Origin: Lytechinus pictus
Lineage: Eukaryota
Assembly: GCF_037042905.1 (NCBI RefSeq)
Contig: NC_087249.1
Coordinates: 7,070,001-7,134,000, forward strand
Length of the DNA stretch: 64,000 nucleotides
Reading direction: 5' to 3'
Shown: positions 13,601 through 21,847 of the stretch, piece by piece
Layout of the letters: each line of letters begins with the position of its first letter
Position numbering within the stretch: the first letter of the stretch is position 1
Translations under genes and position numbers: made by a program
The notes under the pieces: generated by a model
Told to the model about the DNA's origin: nothing
Databases searched by the model: none
Seen by the model: only the letters and a program-made list of their open reading frames with translations

Positions 13601-16339
13601 ACATACATCTGCACAATATGCTCAACCTATCACCAGTTTGGTTCAATCACATGATAATCGACTCCTCTGTGTTTTGCCTCTCTTTTCCTGTTGCTTTCCC
13701 TCCATGATCTTCCTCTGCATGACCATTCACATTTCCTGTTACTTTTTCCTTGCGTCCTCTGTAATTCGTTCGACATTTCCCAAGGCTCCTCTTCCTGGAA
13801 AGATTTTGAGTCCTATCTACTGTCGCTTTTCTTCTCAAAGAGGACAGGTTTTCTTGGCTCTGCCCGGACGTAGAAACATTGCTTTCCCGAGAGGCTTGAA
13901 GGGCCGGCAGTTGCTTGCTGCGTTCCAGGTGTACCCTTTTTGGTAGGTCTCAGTCCCATCTTACAGTATAGAGAACGATGTACTTTTCGGTTGGAGGCCA
14001 ATCAGATCATGCAGTACTTTCACTTTAACATAGAAATCATACTTGGACATGGCTTGGTTATGGCAGATATCCAATGAACTCTGATGTTCTCTATCTTGTA
14101 TCATTTCATCTCCCTTTTCAATAGAATTCCTTGACCACTTTCTCCATATCCTCTTTCTCTGTGAGCTCAGGGATAACCAGAGATCTCCCGGCATTTGTAC
14201 ATGCATGAAACTTCTGTCAACTTCTCTCTCTCAGTCCAGTTTTCAGACGTCTTCCAATTTATTTTGGACTCTGAGTATTTCTTCCCTTTTCACCTTCTTC
14301 ATTTCTTTTGTTTAAAAAGTTCAAGGATTCCACAAAATTGTCCAGCTTACTCACTCTATCTTGGCACTTTCCTGTCTATCTTTCCGTCTAGAATTTTGAA
14401 ACAGCTGTTCAGTTCATTTTCGCTTCCTATAATTTCCTATCACAAGTAGCAAATCCTCTTCAGCTTTCTGTTAGGCAATGACTGGTAGTAGTCATGACAG
14501 GCATACACCGTTTGCCCTTGTTTATGCCTGCATATTTATCTGTCCAAACCTATTTTAGTACACAAAGCTCCTCAGGGAGTGGAGTGGAACAGTAATTCGT
14601 GTTGACTTTTTGCTGTCATGATATCTGGCTATCTGATGATGAAGATGATGATGATAGTGATTACATTGAAAATGATGATGGCGATAATTGCAAAAACGAT
14701 GGTGATGACTTTAATTGTCGTGATGATTATGATAGTGATGGGTATGATCATGATCATGATACATGTATCATTGATGGAGGTATAATGAGAATGGTAATAA
14801 GATATGATCACTGTTTTATTTTTAATTTAAATATTATTGATATAAATTATTCACCACCCTGTCCTCTTTCTCTCCATACATCATAAATTGTTGATTATAT
14901 TGTACCATGGTCTTTCTTTCCTTACTTCAGGGTTTGCTTAGGTGCATAGGAGGCAAGTTACTAAGTGCCATAGCTGAGCGTATCCTTACCAATCATCGTC
15001 ATTGCAGAGCTGGTCGACCTGATCTCACTATGTGGAACCCAGAGACCAAGAAATTCAAGGCAAGTTAAGTTCCTGAACGATAGTGATCATCTTAATGTTG
15101 GTACCCTCAAACTCTTGTAACTTATGAAGGTTTCCTTATTTAGGAATAGGCTCATTGTGGAGGCATCACCTTACATCATGTTGGAATAAGTTTGATCCTG
15201 AAAAAGGAACACCCAATTTTTCTGAATATGGCAGGAACATACCTGCCAAAACATGAAGTTTGGGTGGCCATTTTCAGGGTCAATAGTATGCCTACAAAAG
15301 AATACACGATGTCAACAAGTCTCCACATCAAACAAATGTGTTCAAACAAATCAAACAAAAAAATTGACCCCCCCCCCCAATTTGTTTATGGTCATTCTAT
15401 ATAAAAAGTTGGAATTCATTTCCTCAATTTTATTTTTTCTTATAACCCTTGCACAGCTTTTTTTACATACAGTTAGAACATGTGCTTGAATATATTCCTT
15501 TTTTATCATGGGGATTTTTCACAAAGATTTAAGTATGACTTAAAGTCGCACTTAAATGCCGACGCATATACATGTATGACATGCAATGCGCAATCTTACT
15601 GATTAATACGCAGTAGTGCGCTTCTTCTTGGTATGATCTGACCAATGCGGTCCTGCCTTTTATACCGCATGCAACAAGGCATTTAAGTGCAACTCTTAAG
15701 TCATACTTCAATTTTTGTGAGCCCCCCGGGTGAGGGAGTTCTGTTTTATTTCTTACTTTCCTATTTTCCCTTTCAGTTGGTGGAGGTGAAGGGACCCGGT
15801 GATCGTCTTTCACAGAAGCAGATTCTTTGGATTGATTTCTTTCTTCGTCACGGGATAGAGGCCGAGGTTTGCCATGTAGAAGGTATGTACATGTAGGACC
15901 AATCCAGTTCAGATGAAACCTCTCAGATATAAGACGAAGATATGCAACATTTTTTCATAGGCCTCTATGATGTACCCTGGTTTAATTATTTTGTAAAATG
16001 AAGGGAAGTGTAATGTGATATTGATTATGAAATTTAATGTGAAATGTAAGGGAAAAAATGTCAAGGGAAACGTAAGGAAAATATATCAAGGGGAAAAAAT
16101 AATATTTATTATGAAATGTAATGTGGTATTAATTTTTCAGTGTCAGCTAGTTCGATTTTCTCTTTTTCTTCAATTAGATTGAGAAAAATACAAATTTGTG
16201 ATGGAAAAATTATATATGTCTGTGTTAATCTTTCTTTCCCATCACAGCTATTGGAAGCAAGCGTTTGAAACGGAAGGTGCATGGTAGCCAGAGTACCAAT
16301 GACACATCAAGCCAAGATTCGGTTGTCACTGTAGAATGA
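1..16339 (+). CDS. FAN1: Fanconi-associated nuclease 1 gene (14 coding exons; 5' end outside window)
   Basis: Spliced exons 3-1689, 2699-2839, 4048-4234, 5282-5419, 6701-6799, 7454-7588, 8812-9040, 9631-9792, 10676-10835, 11733-11836, 12566-12760, 14931-15059, 15777-15882, 16248-16339 give one phase-consistent frame of 1187 aa plus stop. Motifs: UBZ4 [32 protein letters not shown] and VRR_NUC PD..VEVKGP.DRLS.KQ. Confidence 0.97.
1960..2280. mobile_element. MITE with CAGGGTT termini
   Basis: TIR cagggttcccacag / ctgtggaaaccctg; subterminal gtcatgga repeats; TSD unclear. Confidence 0.65.
2699..2839 (+). CDS. FAN1: FAN1 exon
   Basis: aag|[14 protein letters not shown]...|gtgagt. Confidence 0.95.
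2902..3757. mobile_element. hAT-like non-autonomous element
   Basis: TIR cagggttgggctcaatt / aattgagcccaaccctg; 8-bp TSD taggcaat/tagtcaat (1 mismatch); arrays of gtaatt. Confidence 0.8.
4048..4234 (+). CDS. FAN1: FAN1 exon (SAP domain)
   Basis: cag|[24 protein letters not shown]...|gtaaat. Confidence 0.93.
4246..4779. mobile_element. Train of PIF/Harbinger-like MITEs
   Basis: Three units with g(g)cttgtttcataaa...tttatgaaa/tgtgaaac termini, joined at ccagg (4417) and ccaagg (4567). Confidence 0.7.
5282..5419 (+). CDS. FAN1: FAN1 exon
   Basis: tag|[28 protein letters not shown]...|gtaagt. Confidence 0.93.
5484..5703. mobile_element. MITE (gggtgatttcaag TIR family)
   Basis: TIR gggtgatttcaag / cttgaaatcaccc; second copy at 9821-10043. 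Confidence 0.75.
5955..6399. mobile_element. MITE
   Basis: TIR ccagttcgtagtt / aactacgaactgg. Confidence 0.6.
6701..6799 (+). CDS. FAN1: FAN1 exon
   Basis: cag|[22 protein letters not shown]|gttagt. Confidence 0.93.
7454..7588 (+). CDS. FAN1: FAN1 exon
   Basis: tag|[16 protein letters not shown]...|gtaagc. Confidence 0.9.
7622..7809. mobile_element. MITE-like repeat with degenerate TTAGGG core
   Basis: Inverted ends gacatttgctc..gcgaca / tgtcgccggagtaaatg; a reverse-oriented copy lies at about 46993-47172. Confidence 0.65.
8812..9040 (+). CDS. FAN1: FAN1 exon (TPR region)
   Basis: cag|[35 protein letters not shown]|gtatta. Confidence 0.95.
9631..9792 (+). CDS. FAN1: FAN1 exon
   Basis: tag|[26 protein letters not shown]...|gtaatc. 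Confidence 0.93.
9821..10043. mobile_element. MITE (gggtgatttcaag TIR family)
   Basis: Homologous to 5484-5703. Confidence 0.75.
10151..10415 (+). mobile_element. tRNA-derived SINE
   Basis: A box tggtctagtgg, B box ggttcgaatcc, central cccaggtgaggtaaatgggtac, tail gcgctatacaaat..tattat; related copy at 51512-51782 (-). Confidence 0.85.
10676..10835 (+). CDS. FAN1: FAN1 exon
   Basis: tag|[21 protein letters not shown]|gtaggg. Confidence 0.94.
10882..11164. mobile_element. hAT-like MITE
   Basis: TIR cagtgttggc / gccaacgctg; perfect 8-bp TSD atctcttg. Confidence 0.85.
11733..11836 (+). CDS. FAN1: FAN1 exon
   Basis: aag|[25 protein letters not shown]|gtcagt. Confidence 0.95.
11919..12354. mobile_element. 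Inverted-repeat element containing a nested Tc1-like MITE
   Basis: About 50-bp inverted repeat ggccaatatgattctgttgagggca..tttgaagttcccctcac at both ends. Confidence 0.7.
12071..12288. mobile_element. Tc1/mariner-like MITE
   Basis: TA-flanked; TIR cagtggtgctcaaaagttagtgaa / ttcactaacttttgagcacgactt. Confidence 0.75.
12566..12760 (+). CDS. FAN1: FAN1 exon
   Basis: cag|[15 protein letters not shown]...|gtaggg. Confidence 0.95.
12770..13167. repeat. Compound (GAT/GAG/GGT)n microsatellite
   Basis: Seen directly; starts about 10 nt after a FAN1 donor. Confidence 0.95.
13540..14480 (-). mobile_element. Possible decayed LINE (CR1-like ORF1 end / ORF2 start)
   Basis: Purine-rich minus strand with broken K/R/E-rich frames (EMIQDREH.., [22 protein letters not shown]); resemblance only. 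Confidence 0.3.
14931..15059 (+). CDS. FAN1: FAN1 exon (VRR_NUC catalytic PD motif; GC donor)
   Basis: cag|[30 protein letters not shown]|gcaagt. Confidence 0.92.
15509..15727. mobile_element. Harbinger-like MITE
   Basis: TIR tttcacaaagatttaagtatgactt / aagtcatacttcaatttttgtga; related copy at 27264-27452. Confidence 0.7.
15777..15882 (+). CDS. FAN1: FAN1 exon (VRR_NUC ExK motif)
   Basis: cag|[24 protein letters not shown]|gtatgt. Confidence 0.96.
16248..16339 (+). CDS. FAN1: FAN1 last coding exon
   Basis: cag|[10 protein letters not shown]...VVTVE*, TGA at 16337-16339. Confidence 0.85.
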
Positions 16340-16402
16340 GAGTTCCAAAGGTACATGTACCATCTCTTGCCTATAGACGTCACAGAGCGGACATGATCCC
16401 AG

Positions 16403-16580
16403 GTGCCATTTCATAAAGCTGTTCGTAAATTAAGAGTGACTTTTAGAACGACTGGTGGTCCTTTCTTGTGGTAAATGATATTCACCATTTAAGTGTTCAT
16501 TGATGACTATTTAGCATGTAAGAAATGTTTACCAGACATTAAAGTTGCTCTTGACTTACAGCTTTATGAAACACCCACCA
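16403..16580. mobile_element. Harbinger-like MITE family A
   Basis: TIR tttcataaagctgttcgtaa / ttacagctttatgaaacaccc; CWG flanks; further copies at 17929, 27083, 49958, 55407 and 63505. Confidence 0.8.
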
Positions 16581-16588
16581 GGTGTGTC

Positions 16589-16880
16589 AAATTATGGTTG
16601 GCCTTGATGATCTGGATATCTCACACTTTTTCAACCAGGAAATAAAACTTGTCATAAATACAAAATTGCAAAGAAGCAAGTCTCTTCTATACCTAGACGC
16701 CGCTCTGTTTTACAGAGATGCATCAACGAATGGAACAACCTTCCCTCAGGTTTAGTCGAGAGCCCATCTGTAAACAGCTTCAAATCCAATTTGTTGAAAT
16801 TTTGGAACTCAAGAAAAGAGACATTTGACCTAGATGCACGTTTTGCTTGTTCATGTTCGAACGCTGTACAGTGCCATTAA
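16589..16880 (+). mobile_element. CR1-type LINE ORF2 C-terminal relic
   Basis: Translates to CHKYKIAK..RRSVLQRCINEWNNLPSGLVESPSVNSFKSNLLKFW, the typical CR1/L2 C-terminal WN.LP..V...SV.SFK..L motif. Confidence 0.75.
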
Positions 16881-17020
16881 AACAGTGTTCCGGAATTCTT
16901 CACGAGAAGTCAACAAGAGGCTACTAAGTTTGTAACTTTAAATGCCTACATCCAAGGTATGAAGTTCACTGCCAATACCATAAGGTGACCACCATAGCCT
17001 GTAATCCAAGTTATGATAGG

Positions 17021-17200
17021 GAGGCGCGATAGCTCAGTCGGTTGAGCAGGTGTTTCGGACTCGGTGACCCGGGTTCGATTCCCACTTGGTGCGGTAGTGC
17101 CCTTTGGTAAGACATTAATCCTCATCACCAGGTCCCTCAGAGACAACCCTAAGCCGTCGGTCCTCTGGTTGCTTGCTTACATTATTACATCATTATTTCA
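17021..17200 (+). mobile_element. tRNA-derived SINE (second family)
   Basis: A box tagctcagtcgg, B box ggttcgattccc, gtgccctttggtaagacattaa core, attac/cattt tail. Confidence 0.8.
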
Positions 17201-17928
17201 TTCTGTGTAAATTTTTGTTTTTATAATTTGAATCTACTATTGTCATAATCTATTATTTTACCTCTATTTTGCTATCACTCTGTGTTTTCTTTTCATGCTT
17301 TCTTAGCAATCAGGTAAAAGAATACCACCACCAAAATTGTTGGCGAGGTTTAAAGCTTGGTAAAAAAACGATTGATAGCTTTCAGTCAAAACCCAATTAC
17401 AGGCACATACCTGACATCATTGTTCACTTAATAGAAAACTATGAAGTAAAATTGTATATCTGAAGCCAAAATGACTTTATGCTAAGGAGGGGGGGGGAGC
17501 AAAGGAAAGAATATAAATTTGTCAGAGAAAGGGGAGAGGTATGAGAGCAAGATGCATTTTGCTGATTTGTTCAAAACAGCCCATAATCCATGTTTTTTTT
17601 TTTTTTACTTTCTGTGTAAGGTTTAGGTGGCAAGTTATCAATTTCCTCGTCTTATCTCTCCTCAATAGGTATATTGTCAAATGCCCCTCATAAAAAAGAA
17701 CACCCAAGAAGTCTTTGTCGAAATTGGTGAACCAAAACGGCGGTTTCATCCTGGATTAACAACATATTTGCAATTCTTGTGAGCACCGAAACTGCTGTTT
17801 GTTTACCAATTTTTACACCGCTGTTCATTGTCATTTGACGAGCATTTTCAATACATTTACTGTGTTGTTGAATCCGTCCTGCGTTTCAGAGTGAAAACTC
17901 TTCAACACACTATTATAATCAGAACAGG

Positions 17929-18092
17929 TGGGTGTTTCATAAAGCTGTTCGTAAGTTAAGAGCGACTTTAAGAACGACTGGCGCAAAACCCTCGCCAATG
18001 AACGTTTTTGTGTATACCATTTACCACAGGAAAGGATCACCAGTCGTTCTTAAAGTTGCTCTTAACTTACGAACAGCTTTATGAAACACCCA
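17929..18092. mobile_element. Harbinger-like MITE family A (near-perfect hairpin)
   Basis: About 55-bp TIR gggtgtttcataaagctgttcgtaagttaagagcgactttaagaacgactgg; flanked by cag/ctg. Confidence 0.85.
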
Positions 18093-18467
18093 CCTGGGGT
18101 AATAATATGGAGTGAAGTAGATACCAATAGTATAACCATACAGCAGTGCTGGGCGATACTTCAATATTATTGAAATTATGGGATATTACTATGAGATTTT
18201 GATAAAATGAAATGAAAATTTGATAAGAGTAATATATGATGTTGATATACCCCAAATATTGTCGATTATGAAGTTAATCACTATTTTTTTTTTTAACCAC
18301 AAATGCTGCTCTGTATTGCTGTCAAGTTAAACCTACTCAGAACTCTGAAAGTGGGTACCCGAATGCCTACTTTTTTTTCATGGACAAGCAGGTACTGGTA
18401 GTAATAATGAATTTGCATCATGATTTTTGCGTTATAATTGACTAACATTGAATTCAAACATCGACCT

Positions 18468-18676
18468 GGGGCCCGGCATACAAAGAGTTGCGATTGATCC
18501 GATCAATCGCAACTATGGAAAGCCAGCAGAATCAACATAAAAAATGCATGTTTGTTAAAAAGAATTTCTACATGTAGATAAGAATTTTGCAAATTTCCTG
18601 GAGAAAAAGTTGACACCGATAACTTTCCATAGTTACGATTGATTGGATCAATCGTAACTCTTTGTAAGATGGGGCC
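18468..18676. mobile_element. Harbinger-like MITE family B
   Basis: TIR ggccc..tacaaagagttgcgattgatcc / ggatcaatcgtaactctttgtaagatggggcc; copies at 42531-42804 and 58283-58560. Confidence 0.8.
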
Positions 18677-19508
18677 CAGCACTACCCTACAGGCCTTCAT
18701 GATCATAATCAGTCAGGAGGCAGGTTCTGTTTATCAATTACCTCGGTGTGGATCAAAATAACTTTGAATTCTGTCATAATTGCTCTCAATATAAAGATGA
18801 AATCATCAAAATTGTGTAATTAGGTGCATTTCCATCACGTCCACTCTAATTTGGTTTTGGTGGCCATTGAAGAAAGATTTGTTCAATTTCTAAAACTTTA
18901 AATTAAAAGGTTTTTTTTACATTTAGTGTTTTAATTACACAGGCTTATTGTTTTAGGGTGGAAGAGAAAATATATGGTATGAAAGGTTTTAATTTTGTGC
19001 AATAATAAAATATCAATAAGGCAACAGGAAGTTTTCAATTCAGTTGTATTGTTTTAATTTTCACTAATATATAACTCACACAAGCAGCAAAATTTATGAG
19101 AATAGCACTTTGTGTATAAAGTAGAAATATATATAACATAATAGAACACACACACAATAGAAAATTCAAGGTACTTCAATGTCAAGGTGAAATATAGTAT
19201 TCGTAATATATACCTCTGAGATTTATGGAATGGAGCCTATATGGCATTTCCTTTTTGTATATAACAATATTTATATAAATCAAGGTGTTAATAAATTCAC
19301 CATGTCTGTGAATTTTTGATGCAAATGGAATATTCATTTATCTTTTTTAATGTATTCAAGTTAAGAATATAAAATTGAGAGTAGTTGATTTTATTAAAAT
19401 CATACAAGAAATAACAAGGTTATAATATTTTTGCATTATTTCGTTGAAACAGTTTTATGTGAATGATGACCAAGCTGATGATGTATCTTCACTTACTGAA
19501 TATCTTAA

Positions 19509-19790
19509 CCCTAACTAGGCCGGGCTATAATTACAGCCGGAAAGGGTATTACCAAGCCCAAATTTTTTTTCTTCAACATTTTGTTTTTTTAATGGGATAG
19601 TTTCAATGATATGATTGGAAACGTAGAATTAATGTTAATGTTGTGTAACTTTAGAAAGGTGTACCCAGATGTAGCAAATTTGGTCTCAAAAGTTGTGCAA
19701 GTCTTCAAACAAGAAAGTTGGGAGAAGACGCAGCAAAATCTTTATGTGACTTAGACTTTATCGCGCAAAGTGTCAAAGGCCTAGTTGGGG
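19509..19790. mobile_element. piggyBac-like non-autonomous element
   Basis: TTAA TSD; TIR ccctaactaggcc / ggcctagttgggg. Confidence 0.75.
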
Positions 19791-21412
19791 TTAAATCAAT
19801 ATTAAATGTGTACGAAAGAATTGACTATACTGCACACTCCTAGTTTTATAAATGTACGGTTGAGCCCTTTGGAGTTCTATTCAATACTAATCAATGGCAA
19901 AACTAATCAAGGCAGCAATGATAGAGACAAAAATGAAAGACAATTTATGAAAAGTACATTCAGCCATTCCTATTCTTATATAAAAACCTACAACACCTCT
20001 ATGTTCATAAATATCACAATAAATACATACGTGTAGAATTCACAGCAAATATGAAATTTGAGATTTGTAGCTGTCGACAAACATTTCTACTCTAAAATGG
20101 AGAAAGCAAATGAATGTTGGGTAAGATTTTTTTTTCAGATATCCCAACACCGCAAGGTTATATTCAGGCTGTTAATAATCATTTCAGCAAATGCATTGCT
20201 CTGATCATGCACCAAGTCAGACTTTTCATAATTACTATTGAACTCTGCCAAGTCACGGGGGCTTTCAAACGATTTGCGAGGATGTGAATAAGCCCAAATT
20301 TTTTTTTTATGCATCAAAATAGTGCAAAATATTCGGAAGCCCTGCATATTGTTTGTGGGGTTTGAATGAGTCACTTTTCGTTCACGAGTACTTCTTCCAA
20401 ACGAAAGGCACTTGTTTCTTGCGTAAAGTACGAGTGTTAGACCTATTCATTTGCTTCCTTGCAAAACCTTCGCAAACCCTGTGAAACTGGGGATTTATGT
20501 TAGTTGAATTTCGGCCAGGCCTTTGATACAGGCCTGGGCAGAGCTGATATTATAACAATGTGTAAATAATCGCTGCATCACACTGAATTATACATCGCAA
20601 TGATTCTACGGCAAGAAAATAATCAAATTATATACATGTACATTCCAATCCCCTGGAACAAAAGTGAAATACATTTTGAATACAAATTCAATAGCACGTC
20701 TGGCTTTTGAGACTTTTCACTTCAGTACTGAGTAATTCAATTACAAAATCATTGATCAAGAAGTTTGTTTACTATAACATTCAGCCTATAAACACGAGTA
20801 TTGGTATCTCTACTTTCTATAAAAAAAAAGGAAGAAAACATTTCATTCATGAAAATATTAATCGCTTACTGTTATCTATTTCTTTATTACAAAACTTTCT
20901 TATAGTTACATGTATTCTATCAAAAATGGTTCATTGGAATTACATCTATCACATGGCAGTTCATTTTACACCTGAATGGATGACTTGTGGAGCGTTGCAA
21001 GAAAGTTGAGTAGCAATTAATTTGCAGCCGATCCCGATCGACTCAATCAATCGCAATATGTTTTGATAGAAACAGGCTTTCGATGCAACGCCCCACAACA
21101 CTACTAACTCTTTGCCCGCTTTGTTCCACAAGAGTTACATACAGCAGACTGCCAAGTTGGACTCAAGTCACATTCTATTCACAATACACACAGAGTGCAT
21201 TAAGTCTCATTCATACACACACAATAGTGATGTGTGCATCACATTGTACTGTATACACATAAAGCCTTTCTAAAATAAGCCAATCAAAAGCTATTGTGAG
21301 CTGAATTAGCATAGTCCATGCAAAACCCCTCTTTAGGTTGCACCTTGAAATTAATGTGGCGCAGGAGTGATTCCGTCTGTGACGGGCTAAGAGTTAAACG
21401 AAGAGGGGTAGA

Positions 21413-21847
21413 TCATAAATGAGTATCGGCAATATTGATCCTTCTCATTTGATAATGATCTTCACTGTCGGGCGACACTCTCAATACCGGTGATATCTCA
21501 TCCTGTTCTCTCCACGACTGATTTGGCGGGGCGCTGGAAGCCCTCGATCGCGGTCTCTCCTGCGAGGAATCGGCCAGTTGATAAGCCCCGCCCGTCTTGA
21601 GCGCAAAGATGAGATCGTCAAAGTCCTGCGACTCTGTGTCATCGTCCTGCTCCATGATGGCGGGAGCTGGGGGTGGGGGAGGGACGGGTGGAGAGGGATG
21701 GAGGCGGACCTGTGGGAGGGGTGGGGCAGCAGTAGGGAGGGCATCTTGGAAGGGGGCGGGGGCGTAGAGGTTGCTCCCTTGTATCGACGGGGTCTTGGTG
21801 TTGAGGATGCTGTGGTGGCTGTGTACAGAATGTCGGTCCCACTCAAG
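21413..21847 (-). CDS. ADGRV1: ADGRV1 last coding exon (PDZ-binding DTHL)
   Basis: [15 protein letters not shown]...[10 protein letters not shown]. Confidence 0.96.
   Translation of the reverse strand, partial: LEWDRHSVHSHHSILNTKTPSIQGSNLYAPAPFQDALPTAAPPLPQVRLHPSPPVPPPPPAPAIMEQDDDTESQDFDDLIFALKTGGAYQLADSSQERPRSRASSAPPNQSWREQDEISPVLRVSPDSEDHYQMRRINIADTHL

Noticed and set aside
15125..15190. Possible old echo of the FAN1 PD exon (cattgtggaggcatcaccttacatcatgttggaa)
   Set aside because: Similarity is too short and weak to separate from chance by eye.
17021..17095. tRNA gene (also at 10151, about 42420 and 51710)
   Set aside because: A and B boxes are present, but there is no proper acceptor stem or poly-T terminator and the sequence runs into SINE core and tail.
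16340..21412. A third gene between FAN1 and ADGRV1
   Set aside because: Only short AT-rich ORFs and TE relics; no spliceable exon chain found.
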